Positions 21,988-35,435 of a stretch of DNA of 64,000 nucleotides are shown here, piece by piece. Both the position numbers and the translations under genes were made by a program. The stretch's first letter is position 1, and the number at the start of each line of letters is the position of its first letter. The stretch is taken from positions 1-64,000 of the forward strand of contig JBGAIQ010000026.1 in NCBI GenBank assembly GCA_044225365.1, given 5' to 3'. The notes beneath the pieces are model-generated. The model did not search any database and was not told the origin of the DNA. It saw only the letters and a list, made by a program, of their open reading frames with translations. Source of the DNA: Planctomycetota bacterium (lineage in GTDB: Bacteria; Planctomycetota; B15-G4; JADJEK01).

Positions 21988-24093
21988 TCAGGCCTGCTGA
22001 TGGAAGGCCCGCAAGGGTCTGACTTCGGCGGCCGCCGCCAGATAATTCGAGATCGTCAGCGGGGCGACTTGGCCCTGGCCGAATCCGCGGCGCGCCGGCA
22101 ACGTCGAGTAGAGCGCTTTGCTGAGGAAACGTTGGAAGAACTCCGCCTCGGCGTTCTCGATCGCCGCGAGATGGAAGCGCGGGCGTCGGCGGAGTCCCGC
22201 GATGTGGGAGAGCGCCTGATCGATCGAAACCAGCTCGCGCTTCGGAGCGACCGACTTGAAGTGGGTCTTGAACGCCTTGTTGCCGAAGCGCAGCACATGC
22301 AGGAACGTATGGTGCGTCGAGATCGCCCCGGCCCATGGATACGGGCGACTGCTGAACGGCCGCGCGGCGCGCCCGATCGCCGAGTCGACGCGCTCGGCGG
22401 CGTCCGAAGAACGCCGCCCCGCCATCTGCTCGAACAAGGCGTAGAGACGGAAGTCGTCGCCCTCCGCGAAGTAGATCGACTTCACGCCGTACCGCGAAGG
22501 ATCTTGCGCGATGTGCGAGCCCTGTTCGAGTCCGAATTCGCCGACGAGGAACAGCGCGATCGATTCGGATTCCTGCTCGATCCATGACACGGTGGCGAGC
22601 GCCTCGTCGACGGTCTCGTCGGGATGATCGGTGAACGTCATCCACTGCGTCGCGATGCCGGCATCGGCGAACCTGCGATTCACCTCCGTCATCGTGGCGC
22701 GATCGCATCCTTTTCGCATCAGCTCGAGGATGCGATCCGAGCCGCTCTCGATCCCGAACGCCGCCGCGCGCATCCCGGAGCGGTAGAGCAGCGCCGCGCG
22801 GGCCTCGTCGAAGTAGGGCTCGATCTTCAGATCGCAGTGCCAGCGCAGATTCGAACCGCGCTCCTCGAGCGCCTGCGCGAGCTGAACGGCGTAGCGCGGC
22901 GCGAGGACGTCGCACGAAAGGTAGAAGTTCTTCACGCCGTATCGCTGCGAGAGACGCAGTAGATCGGCTGCGGCGATATCGGGCGGGACCTCGCGATACG
23001 TCGCGGTCGCGGTCTCCGTCAAGCCGTAGTAGCAGAACGAGCATTTGCCCCAGTAGCAGCCGCGCGTTGGCGCGTAGAGCAAGGTGCGAGTCGGCGCGAG
23101 ATAGCGGTCGAGGTCGAGATCGCTGTAATCGGGCGGAGGACTGCGCCGGACGTCGACGTTGTGACGCGGACCGAGCACGGTGGATCCCGTGCCAGGATCG
23201 AGCATCAGAAGGTTGGGGACGGACGCGAGCGCAGCGCCCCTCTCCTTCGCGTCGGATCCTCGCCATGCCGCGAGTCGCGGAAAGAGTTCGGTGAGGAGCG
23301 CCTCGCCCTCGAAGAGGCCCACGCCGTCGACGAATTCGAAGAGCCGCTTTCGTAACGGCTCGATCATGTGGACGACGGATTGGTGGATCGACGGTCCACC
23401 GATCGCAACGAAGGCCGACTTGGTCCGCTCCTTCAGGAATCGCGCGAGGAGGAACGCCTCGGCGAATTGACTCGGAAAGATCACGGAGATCCCGATGAAG
23501 TCGACTTCCGAGAGATCGCACCACAGCGGATTCGAAGCGAGCGTGTTCCAATCCTCCGGCGGGTCGAAGATCCGCCGGTAGAGCGGCAAGAAGGGACTGC
23601 TCTCCGACCTGCCATACTCCGAGAGGAGATCGAATCCCCACGGCACGACCTCACGGTCGAGTCGGTTGAATCCGAAGCGATATGGGAAGTGCGCCGCCGA
23701 GACGACGCGGAACAGCGCCTCGAAGCGCTCGCGGGCGAGCGAGTACTCGGCGGCGTCGTAGAAGCGGTCCTTGTCCTGGAAGACCTCGATCGGCGTCGGC
23801 GACGCCGCGAGGAGGTCCTCCACTTCGGGCCGTGAGGCCACCACTGCGCGATATTCTCGCTGCTCCTCGAATCCGAGTTCGTCGCGATCGTTGAGCGCGA
23901 GGAACCGCGCGCCGATCCGTTCGGCGTAGCGCGTGAGCGACTCGCGCTCGAGCAGGAAGTGCGCCGCCTCGACGTTGAGATCGATCACGCGGGCATCGAG
24001 CCCATGCTCGCGCAGGTGTCCTTTCAGCGTCGGGAGGCTGAGGTAGGGCTGCGTCGGATCGGCGAGCGGCGGATGGATCAGAATGCGTTCCAC
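21988..24093 (-). CDS. Cobalamin-binding radical SAM protein
   Basis: N-terminal B12-binding-type start (ILIHPP...PYLSLPTLKGHL...DLN); TRGCYWGKCSFC CxxxCxxC motif; GIESGSDRILELMRKG. Confidence 0.88.
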   Translation of the reverse strand: MERILIHPPLADPTQPYLSLPTLKGHLREHGLDARVIDLNVEAAHFLLERESLTRYAERIGARFLALNDRDELGFEEQREYRAVVASRPEVEDLLAASPTPIEVFQDKDRFYDAAEYSLARERFEALFRVVSAAHFPYRFGFNRLDREVVPWGFDLLSEYGRSESSPFLPLYRRIFDPPEDWNTLASNPLWCDLSEVDFIGISVIFPSQFAEAFLLARFLKERTKSAFVAIGGPSIHQSVVHMIEPLRKRLFEFVDGVGLFEGEALLTELFPRLAAWRGSDAKERGAALASVPNLLMLDPGTGSTVLGPRHNVDVRRSPPPDYSDLDLDRYLAPTRTLLYAPTRGCYWGKCSFCYYGLTETATATYREVPPDIAAADLLRLSQRYGVKNFYLSCDVLAPRYAVQLAQALEERGSNLRWHCDLKIEPYFDEARAALLYRSGMRAAAFGIESGSDRILELMRKGCDRATMTEVNRRFADAGIATQWMTFTDHPDETVDEALATVSWIEQESESIALFLVGEFGLEQGSHIAQDPSRYGVKSIYFAEGDDFRLYALFEQMAGRRSSDAAERVDSAIGRAARPFSSRPYPWAGAISTHHTFLHVLRFGNKAFKTHFKSVAPKRELVSIDQALSHIAGLRRRPRFHLAAIENAEAEFFQRFLSKALYSTLPARRGFGQGQVAPLTISNYLAAAAEVRPLRAFHQQA

Positions 24094-24212
24094 GAGGCGA
24101 GATTATCCGGTCGCGACGCAAGAGCGAGCGCGAGGAGAGATACGAATGAAAAAGCGGTTGCCGCCGACCACAGGTCGACTGCACCAGCTCTTCCGTCCGC
24201 GGATTCGATTCG

Positions 24213-26066
24213 TCAGGGCAGGAAGTCGAGCCGCACGGCGTTCGAAAGCCCGACGCCGTGCATCAGCGCGGAATCGACGTGGATGAACTGGAGGTAGAGG
24301 CTGACGGGCCCGCTTCCTCCCGGAACGCCCGGGATGTGTACCTGGCCTGCGGCGTCGGTGAACAACGAGACCTGGATGGCGACGGGAACCGGGATCAGCG
24401 TGCCGCCGAGGAACTGGGTCGGCGTCTGCTGCAAGCCCGCGACGAGGAGTCCCGCCGCATTCGCCTTCGCCTGGACGACGAATAGGTCCGCGGTCGTGCC
24501 GGTCGAGAGGTTGCCACCGCAGATGCTGAGTACCGAATTGCCCGGCCCGGTGAATCCGAGATTGGCCTGGCAGATCGGCGTGCTGAACGTGACCGGGTCC
24601 GACTCGATCCCGTTCGCCACCGCGACGAGGGAGTAGGAACCAGCCGGGAGACTCGCCGGCAGCTTGAACTCGGTCGAGATCGGTTTGCTTCCCGACATCA
24701 CGCTCGTGCTGCTCCAGTTGAACGTGCGAGCGTAGTAGACGTTCGCACCGCTCGAGAGGCGCACGAGCGGGTAGTTGCTGTTCATCTGCGCGTCGTCACC
24801 GTACCCCGCACCCTCGTTGATTCCGTTCAGCCCGGTTCCGACGAGATGGTACGAACCGTCCGCGTTGGGAGTGATGCTCGAGATCGTGGGTTTGCCCGCG
24901 GCGAGCGGCGCTCCCGTGGGTTTGTACTCGTACAGGTCCGCGCCACCGTGGGACCACAGAACTCCCCCATCGGGAAGGCAGAGGAACGCACTCTGATAGG
25001 TCGGCTGATTCACCGACGATCCGATCGGCGACGGCGCGGAGATGAACACGTTCGCAACCGGGTCGTACTCGTAGAAGGTGGTCGGCGGCGGAAATGGATT
25101 GCCGCTCGTGACGGTGGGACCGACCGCGCAAAGCACGTTGCCCGTCGTCAGCACCGCGGCGGGCGCGTCCGGCGTCGCCTTGAACAACGGAATGTCCGGT
25201 CCCGCGATCCAGCTACCCGGAGCGGTCGTCCCACTCGGCGTGTAGATCGCGGTATGGCCCGACGAGCCGAGGAAGAAGGCCTTGCCGTTCGGGAGCAGCA
25301 TCGCTGCGCCGATCTCACCGATGATGCTGTCATACAATGCGACGGGGACGTTCGAATCGTTGACCCACGTATTCGTGGCCGGGATGTACCGCTCCGAGAG
25401 TTGGCTGAACGAATCGACCGTCAGGATGCTGTCGTCCGGCAGCTTCACCCAGGAGGCTTCCGATTGATTGCCGCCGTGCAGGATCGGACCGGCATTCGAC
25501 CAGGAGTTGTTCGACGGGTCGTACCGCAAGGGCGTGCCCGAGACGTGCGGCGCATTCGGCATGATCAGGATCCGACCGTCGGGCAGGATCTCGCTCATGC
25601 AGTCGGAGAATCCGTCCGACGCGGAATTCCAGAAAGGAAGCCCGGGGGTCACGTTCGTCCAGGCGTTGGTGATCGGGTTGTACACCTCGGCCTTCGCGTA
25701 GCCCGAACCATACTCACCACCAGCGACGAAGACTCGACCGTCGCGTAGCACCTGAGAGGCTTGATAGAGCCGCGTATCGATCGAATTCGCAAGGCTCGAC
25801 CACGTGCCGTTGACGTAGCTCCCTTGAGCATTCGGAGTCAGGCGGTACCAATTCTTCGTCAAGGAGAGCGTGAAGTCGTTGCGCGCGCACATCACGGTGC
25901 CGTCCGGAAGAAGCAGCATGAGATTGATCGGCGCAGGCGCGTTCTGCGTCACCTTGGTCCAGGTTCCGGCCGCGGCCGCCGCACCCAAGCTCGCGAATGC
26001 GATGACGGCGAAGACGCCCTTCCCGAGAATGGATCGGAAGACGGAACACCTCATTGACGAACTCAT
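24213..26066 (-). CDS. Secreted kelch-like beta-propeller protein, paralog A
   Basis: Signal peptide; repeats LLLPDGTV, VLRDGRVFVAGGEYG, LLPNGK, CLPDGGVL; Ig-like YGDDAQMNSNYPLVRL segment; C-terminal ...SNAVRLDFLP domain. Confidence 0.8.
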   Translation of the reverse strand: MSSSMRCSVFRSILGKGVFAVIAFASLGAAAAAGTWTKVTQNAPAPINLMLLLPDGTVMCARNDFTLSLTKNWYRLTPNAQGSYVNGTWSSLANSIDTRLYQASQVLRDGRVFVAGGEYGSGYAKAEVYNPITNAWTNVTPGLPFWNSASDGFSDCMSEILPDGRILIMPNAPHVSGTPLRYDPSNNSWSNAGPILHGGNQSEASWVKLPDDSILTVDSFSQLSERYIPATNTWVNDSNVPVALYDSIIGEIGAAMLLPNGKAFFLGSSGHTAIYTPSGTTAPGSWIAGPDIPLFKATPDAPAAVLTTGNVLCAVGPTVTSGNPFPPPTTFYEYDPVANVFISAPSPIGSSVNQPTYQSAFLCLPDGGVLWSHGGADLYEYKPTGAPLAAGKPTISSITPNADGSYHLVGTGLNGINEGAGYGDDAQMNSNYPLVRLSSGANVYYARTFNWSSTSVMSGSKPISTEFKLPASLPAGSYSLVAVANGIESDPVTFSTPICQANLGFTGPGNSVLSICGGNLSTGTTADLFVVQAKANAAGLLVAGLQQTPTQFLGGTLIPVPVAIQVSLFTDAAGQVHIPGVPGGSGPVSLYLQFIHVDSALMHGVGLSNAVRLDFLP

Positions 26067-26281
26067 GAATCACCCGATCGCGGCCCGCTGGGCCCGACCC
26101 ATGTTCACCACCACGAACCGACGGCCGAAGGGATCGGCAACCACGCGCCGAACACCCGCTCGCGCGGTCAAGGATAACGTGAAAAGGCCTCGGCGTTATG
26201 TGCGACGCCAGAATCGCGAAGTCCACGCTCCGCGATCTCGCGGGTCCTCCGCACTCATTCATCTTCTGCGGCGGCGATCTC

Positions 26282-28135
26282 TCACGGCAGGAAGTCGAGG
26301 CGAACGGCGTTCGAGAATCCAACACCCAGGAACTGGGATGGGTCGGCATAGAGGAACTGTACGTAGAGGCTGACCGGGCCGTTCCCCCCTGGAACCGCAG
26401 GGACGTGCGCCTGCCCCTCTGCATCGGTCGTCATCGCGACCTGGAGCGCGAAGGGAAACGGGATCAACGTCCCTCCGAGGAGGTGCGTGTGAGTCTCTTG
26501 GAAACCCGCGAAGAGGAAGCCCGCCGAGTTCGGTCTCGCCTGTTTGACGAACAGCTCCGCGGTCGTGCCGGTGGAGAGGTCGCCGCCGCAGACGCTGAGC
26601 ACGGAGGAACCGGGTCCACCGAAGCCGAGATCGGCCTGGCAATTCGGCGTTACGAACGTGACCGCGTCCGATTCGATTCCGTTCGTCACGACGACGAGCG
26701 AATACGAACTGGGCGGGAGATTCGAGGGCAGCCTGAACTCGGTCGAGATCGGCTTGTTCCCCGAGTTGACGCTCGTGCCACTCCAGGCGTAGGTCCGAGC
26801 GTAGTAGACGTTCGCACCGCTCGTGAGGCGCACGAGCGGATAGTTGCTGCTCATCTGCGCGTCGTCACCGTATGCTGCGCCCTCGGTGAGTCCGTTCAGC
26901 CCGGTTCCGATGAGGTGGTAGGAACCGTCCGCGTTGGGAGTGATGCTCGAGATCGTGGGTTTGCCCGCGGCGAGCGGCACTCCGGCCGGCGTGTACTCGT
27001 ACAGATCCGCTGCACCGTGCGACCATAGTACGCCGCCGTCAGGAAGGCACAGGAAGGCACTCTGATAGGTCGGTTGATTCACCGCCGTGCCGATCGGCGA
27101 GGGCGCCGAGGAGAACGCATTCGCGTACGGACTGTACTCGTAGAACGTGGTCGGCGTCGGGAACGGATTCCCGCTCGTGACGGAAGGACCCACCGCGCAG
27201 AGCAAGTTGCCCGGAGTCAGCACTGCGGCCGGCGCATCCGGCGTCGCCTTCGACGACGGAATATCCGGTCCCACGAGCCACATACCGGGAGCCGTCGTTC
27301 CACTCACGGAGTACAACGCGGTGTGGCCTGTCGAACCGAGGAAGAGGATGTTGCCCGCCGGAAGCAGCATGGCCGCGCCGATCTTACCTACGACGCTGTC
27401 GTACAGCGCGACGGGGACGTTCGAATCATTGATCCAGGTGTTCGTCGCGGGAATGTACCGCTCGGAGAGTTGGCTGGACGGATCGACCGTCAAGATGCTG
27501 TCGTCCGCCAGCTTCACCCACGAGGCCTCCGATTGATCGCTGCCGTGGAGGATCGGGCCGGCGTTGGACCAGGTGTTGTTCGACGGGTTGTACCGGAGAG
27601 GCGTTCCCGGCACGTGCGGCGCGTTCGGCATGATGAGCACCTGGCCGTCCGGCAGGATCTCGCTCACGCAGTGGGAGAATCCGTCCGTTGCGGGGTTCCA
27701 AAATGGAAGTCCGGGAGTCACGTTCGTCCAGACATTCGTGACCGGGTCGTAGACCTCGGCCTTGGCGTACCCCGTGCCGAATTGCCCTCCTGCGACGAAG
27801 ACTCGACCATCGCGCAGGACCTGCGATGCGTGGTGGAGCCGAGTGTCGATCGAATTCGCGAGCGCCGTCCAGGTCCCGTTGACGTAGCTCCCCTGCGCGT
27901 TGGGCGTGAGCCGATACCAGTTCCTGGTCAAGGAGAGCGTGAAGTCGCTCTGGGCGCACATCACCGTCCCGTCCGACAGGAGCAGCATGAGGTGAATGGG
28001 CGCGGGCGCATTCTGCGTCACTTTGGTCCACGTCCCGGCGCCGGCCGCACTGCCCGAATCGACGAATGCGATCACCGCGAATACGCCCCACCCGAGAAGC
28101 GACCGCAGCGCGGAATACCCCGTTGACGCGTTCAT
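26282..28135 (-). CDS. Secreted kelch-like beta-propeller protein, paralog B
   Basis: Also 617 aa, colinear with and highly similar to 24213-26066. Confidence 0.8.
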   Translation of the reverse strand: MNASTGYSALRSLLGWGVFAVIAFVDSGSAAGAGTWTKVTQNAPAPIHLMLLLSDGTVMCAQSDFTLSLTRNWYRLTPNAQGSYVNGTWTALANSIDTRLHHASQVLRDGRVFVAGGQFGTGYAKAEVYDPVTNVWTNVTPGLPFWNPATDGFSHCVSEILPDGQVLIMPNAPHVPGTPLRYNPSNNTWSNAGPILHGSDQSEASWVKLADDSILTVDPSSQLSERYIPATNTWINDSNVPVALYDSVVGKIGAAMLLPAGNILFLGSTGHTALYSVSGTTAPGMWLVGPDIPSSKATPDAPAAVLTPGNLLCAVGPSVTSGNPFPTPTTFYEYSPYANAFSSAPSPIGTAVNQPTYQSAFLCLPDGGVLWSHGAADLYEYTPAGVPLAAGKPTISSITPNADGSYHLIGTGLNGLTEGAAYGDDAQMSSNYPLVRLTSGANVYYARTYAWSGTSVNSGNKPISTEFRLPSNLPPSSYSLVVVTNGIESDAVTFVTPNCQADLGFGGPGSSVLSVCGGDLSTGTTAELFVKQARPNSAGFLFAGFQETHTHLLGGTLIPFPFALQVAMTTDAEGQAHVPAVPGGNGPVSLYVQFLYADPSQFLGVGFSNAVRLDFLP

Positions 28136-28356
28136 ATCTCACCCCATCGTGGCTACCTGGCCTCGACCCATGTCCGCCACCACGGATCGATGGCCGATGA
28201 GCCGGCGACCACGCGCCGGAAACCCGTTCACGCGGTCCAGGATATCGTGAAACGCCGTGTCGGTAGCGGGCGAAAGGGAAAGAAACGAGGAACGAACCCC
28301 GGTGGTCTCGTCCAATCGGGATGGCTCGCGCTGGCGCATTGTGAATCGTGAAATGA

Positions 28357-28396
28357 CGCGACCCCGCACAGCTCGGACGAGCTGTGCGGGGTCGCG
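28357..28396 (-). terminator. rRNA operon terminator hairpin
   Basis: Perfect 18-bp stem CGCGACCCCGCACAGCTC / GAGCTGTGCGGGGTCGCG with a 4-nt loop, about 10 nt past the 5S 3' end. Confidence 0.75.
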
Positions 28397-28406
28397 GTTG
28401 GAATGA

Positions 28407-28518
28407 TCCCGGCAATGACCTACTCTCTCAGGGTTCACCTAATACCATCGGCTCGAGCTGCGGAACGACCGTGTTCGGAAAGGGAACGGGTGTGGCCAGC
28501 CCGATATGGTCACCGGGA
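28407..28518 (-). rRNA. rrf: 5S rRNA
   Basis: TCCCGGTGACCAT...CACCCGTTCCCTTTCCGAACACGG...GAGAGTAGGTCATTGCCGGGA; ends approximate. Confidence 0.92.
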
Positions 28519-28608
28519 ATTTGTAAGGGGTGAATCGTGGAATCCGTTCGTGCGGTTCTCGCTTGAGGCACGACCCCGCTTTCGCAAAGGGTCGCGAAGG
28601 AGAAAAAA

Positions 28609-31597
<2,989 letters not shown>

Positions 31598-31859
31598 ACT
31601 TTTGTCCGTAAGCAGGCCTCGCTTTTCAGCTGCAACCTGCTCGAGAATCTGATTTGTCCTCAAGTTGAGAACTGCTGTTCGTGGATTCCACGATTCACTT
31701 GTAAAAGATCGATCACGGCTCCGGATCACTCCAGAGCGTGGGTGAAGTCCAAGGTCCAATACGGATCGCTTGGGCTTCCATGTTCGGGCTTCGCAGGGGC
31801 CGCGGGTCGAAAGGCCAGGACGGGCGCACAGCCGTGCGCCCCTACGGCGGGCGTAGCGC

Positions 31860-31935
31860 TGGTGGAGGCGACAGGAATCGAACCCGCGACCTTCTCCTTG
31901 CAAAGGAGACGCTCTACCAACTGAGCTACGCCCCC
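31860..31935 (-). tRNA. tRNA-Ala(TGC)
   Basis: GGGGGCGTAGCTCAGTTGGTAGAGCG...TTTGCAA...GGTTCGATTCC...CCACCA in the 16S-23S spacer. Confidence 0.97.
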
Positions 31936-31968
31936 GTTCATCAGCGTTGAACGCACGTCTGACAGGCG

Positions 31969-32045
31969 TGGTGGGCCTCGGTGGACTCGAACCACCGACC
32001 TTACGCTTATCAGGCGTACGCTCTAACCACCTGAGCTAGAGGCCC
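31969..32045 (-). tRNA. tRNA-Ile(GAT)
   Basis: GGGCCTCTAGCTCAGGTGGTTAGAGCG...CTGATAA...GGTTCGAGTCC...CCACCA. Confidence 0.97.
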
Positions 32046-32179
32046 CTCGCGAAGCGTTGTAAAAGAGTGGATAGTCTGCACTTTGATTCGGACCGTCGCG
32101 AACGACAGCCCGATGGGGCGCATCTAGACGCCAATTTGTTCTCGCGTTCGATAACGAACGGAGTTCCAAGGTATCCTTA

Positions 32180-33722
<1,543 letters not shown>

Positions 33723-33871
33723 ATATTGATGGTTGATTCCTTTTGCTCTCCCTCCAGCCGCTGGGAACGTTGCCGTTCCCGCTGCGCAGAGGGGGTCGCG
33801 CTCGTCCAGGTCCGCTTTGCAGCGGGTTCCTGAACGCGCATCATCTATTGCGCTCAAAGGCAGACTATCCA

Positions 33872-33884
33872 CTTGTCAAAGATC
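33872..33884 (-). promoter_or_regulatory. rrn leader boxA-like antiterminator
   Basis: GATCTTTGACAAG; a near copy GATCTTTTACAAG lies in the spacer near 31698-31710. The adjacent GTGGATAGTCTGC pairs with the sequence downstream of the 16S (processing stem). Confidence 0.65.
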
Positions 33885-33896
33885 AATTTGCGGCTT

Positions 33897-34000
33897 GGAC
33901 CGCCGTCCAAACCTCCTGAAACTCCTGTCTCAGGGGCGGGCCATTCTAGGACCGCCGTCCAAACCTCCTGAAACTCCTGTCTCAGGGGCGGGCCATTCTA
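33897..34000. repeat. Perfect 2 x 52-bp tandem duplication in the rrn promoter region
   Basis: GGACCGCCGTCCAAACCTCCTGAAACTCCTGTCTCAGGGGCGGGCCATTCTA at 33897-33948 and 33949-34000. Confidence 0.95.
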
Positions 34001-34022
34001 TTGGGCGTGAAGTGGCGATCAA
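33985..34022 (-). promoter_or_regulatory. Sigma70 rRNA promoter
   Basis: TTGATC-N16-TAGAAT followed by the GC-rich discriminator GGCCCGCCCC; A-tract upstream. Confidence 0.75.
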
Positions 34023-34138
34023 GAGAGAACCAGGATTTTTTGGCGGAGACTCGTGAGATGCCGAGAAGCCGATCGCTTTGCGCGTTCCGCATCACTTCTT
34101 TCGGGATCTTCTTGATCGATCGGGCGCCGGCCGTAGAG

Positions 34139-34156
34139 TTTGAACCATGGTTCAAA
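34139..34156. promoter_or_regulatory. Perfect 18-bp palindrome, putative TetR operator
   Basis: TTTGAACCATGGTTCAAA overlaps the end of the TTGATC-N16-TAGAGT promoter and the tetR ATG. Confidence 0.75.
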
Positions 34157-34875
34157 TCCGTGCCGACGCCGACACCGCGCGAGTGCGCAGCAAGCAGCAG
34201 GCGATCCTGCGAGCGGCTGGAGCTTCGTTCCGAAGTCACGGATTCAATGGCACTTCCATGCGGACGATCGCCGCCACATTGGGCATGACGGTCGGCAACC
34301 TGTACTACTACTTCGACAACAAGCAGGCGCTGCTGGCTTTCTGCCAGCACGAAACGCTGAGTGAACTCCTCGCGCTTGCCGAGAGCCCGAGCGCCGCGGC
34401 ACTCTCGGCCGCAGAACGGTTGTATTGGCTGATCGTGGCCCACGCCGTGTGCGTCAACGAGACCCTGCCGGGCGCCGTCGCCCATCTCACGATCGACCCC
34501 TTGCCGGAGCCGGAGCGCCGCCAGTGCATCGAGCGCCGCGACCGCTACGAGACGATCCTTCGTGAGATCGTGCGCGAGGGTGTCGAAGGCAAGATGTTCC
34601 GCGCCGTCGATCCGAAGCTCGCCGTCTGGACCATCCTCGGCGCGCTCAACGGCACCGTTTCGTGGTACCGCCCAGGTGGTTCGCAGTCGGCGAGGGCCGT
34701 CGGCATCGCCATGGCGGACCATCTGGTGCGGGGACTCCTGCGCCAGGGAGTCGAATTCACTCCCCCACGCCTCGAATTCCCGGCGCGCGCCCTCGCCAGC
34801 GAGTCCGCTCCCAGCGAGCCGAATCGGCCGCGCACCGCATCCACGCCCCTTTCGCGTCATCGGAGGCCTTCATGA
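34147..34875 (+). CDS. TetR/AcrR family regulator (KstR2/PaaR-like C-terminal domain)
   Basis: HTH motif GFNGTSMRTIAATLGMTVGNLYYYFDNKQAL; C-terminal ILGALNGTVSWYRPGG. Confidence 0.92.
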   Translation: MVQIRADADTARVRSKQQAILRAAGASFRSHGFNGTSMRTIAATLGMTVGNLYYYFDNKQALLAFCQHETLSELLALAESPSAAALSAAERLYWLIVAHAVCVNETLPGAVAHLTIDPLPEPERRQCIERRDRYETILREIVREGVEGKMFRAVDPKLAVWTILGALNGTVSWYRPGGSQSARAVGIAMADHLVRGLLRQGVEFTPPRLEFPARALASESAPSEPNRPRTASTPLSRHRRPS

Positions 34876-35435
34876 CCGACCCCGAGCGAGCCGTACTCCG
34901 CACGATTCCCTTGACGATCAACGGCGAGACTCGCGAGGTCTCGTTCCCCGTGCACCACACCTTGCTCGAGGTCCTGCGCGAGGAATGCCAACTCCCCGGC
35001 ACCAAGCACGGCTGCGAGCTGGGCGAATGCGGCACCTGCACCGTGCTCATCGACGGAGAGCCGGTCCTCTCCTGCCTCGTCCTCGCAGCGGAGCTCGAGG
35101 GCTCCGACATCGAGACCGTCGAGGGCCTCCAATGCGGCAACGACCTTCATCCACTGCAGCGGACGTTCGCGGATCTCGGCGCGGCGCAGTGCGGCTACTG
35201 CACGCCGGGCATGCTGATGGCCGCCAAGGCGCTGATCGCACGTAACAAGACGCCGACCCAGCCCGACATCGAAGAGGCCCTCTCTGGCAATCTGTGTCGC
35301 TGCACCGGGTACCAGAAGATCATCGAGGCCGTCGAATGGGCGGCCGCGATCGAACGCGGCGACACTTCGCACGTGCCGCCGCGCGAGGCCCTCTTCGGCG
35401 ATGCCGAACCGTGTCGAAAGGGAGGTGACGCATGA
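34872..35435 (+). CDS. hcrC: 2Fe-2S subunit of a xanthine dehydrogenase family enzyme (HcrC-like)
   Basis: GTKHGCELGECGTCTV, QCGYCTPG, NLCRCTGY; RBS GGAGG before the ATG at 34872. Confidence 0.8.
   Translation: MTDPERAVLRTIPLTINGETREVSFPVHHTLLEVLREECQLPGTKHGCELGECGTCTVLIDGEPVLSCLVLAAELEGSDIETVEGLQCGNDLHPLQRTFADLGAAQCGYCTPGMLMAAKALIARNKTPTQPDIEEALSGNLCRCTGYQKIIEAVEWAAAIERGDTSHVPPREALFGDAEPCRKGGDA

Noticed and set aside
33897-34000. Repeat considered as a CRISPR array or att site
   Set aside because: Only two abutting copies with no spacer, and no cas or integrase gene in the window.
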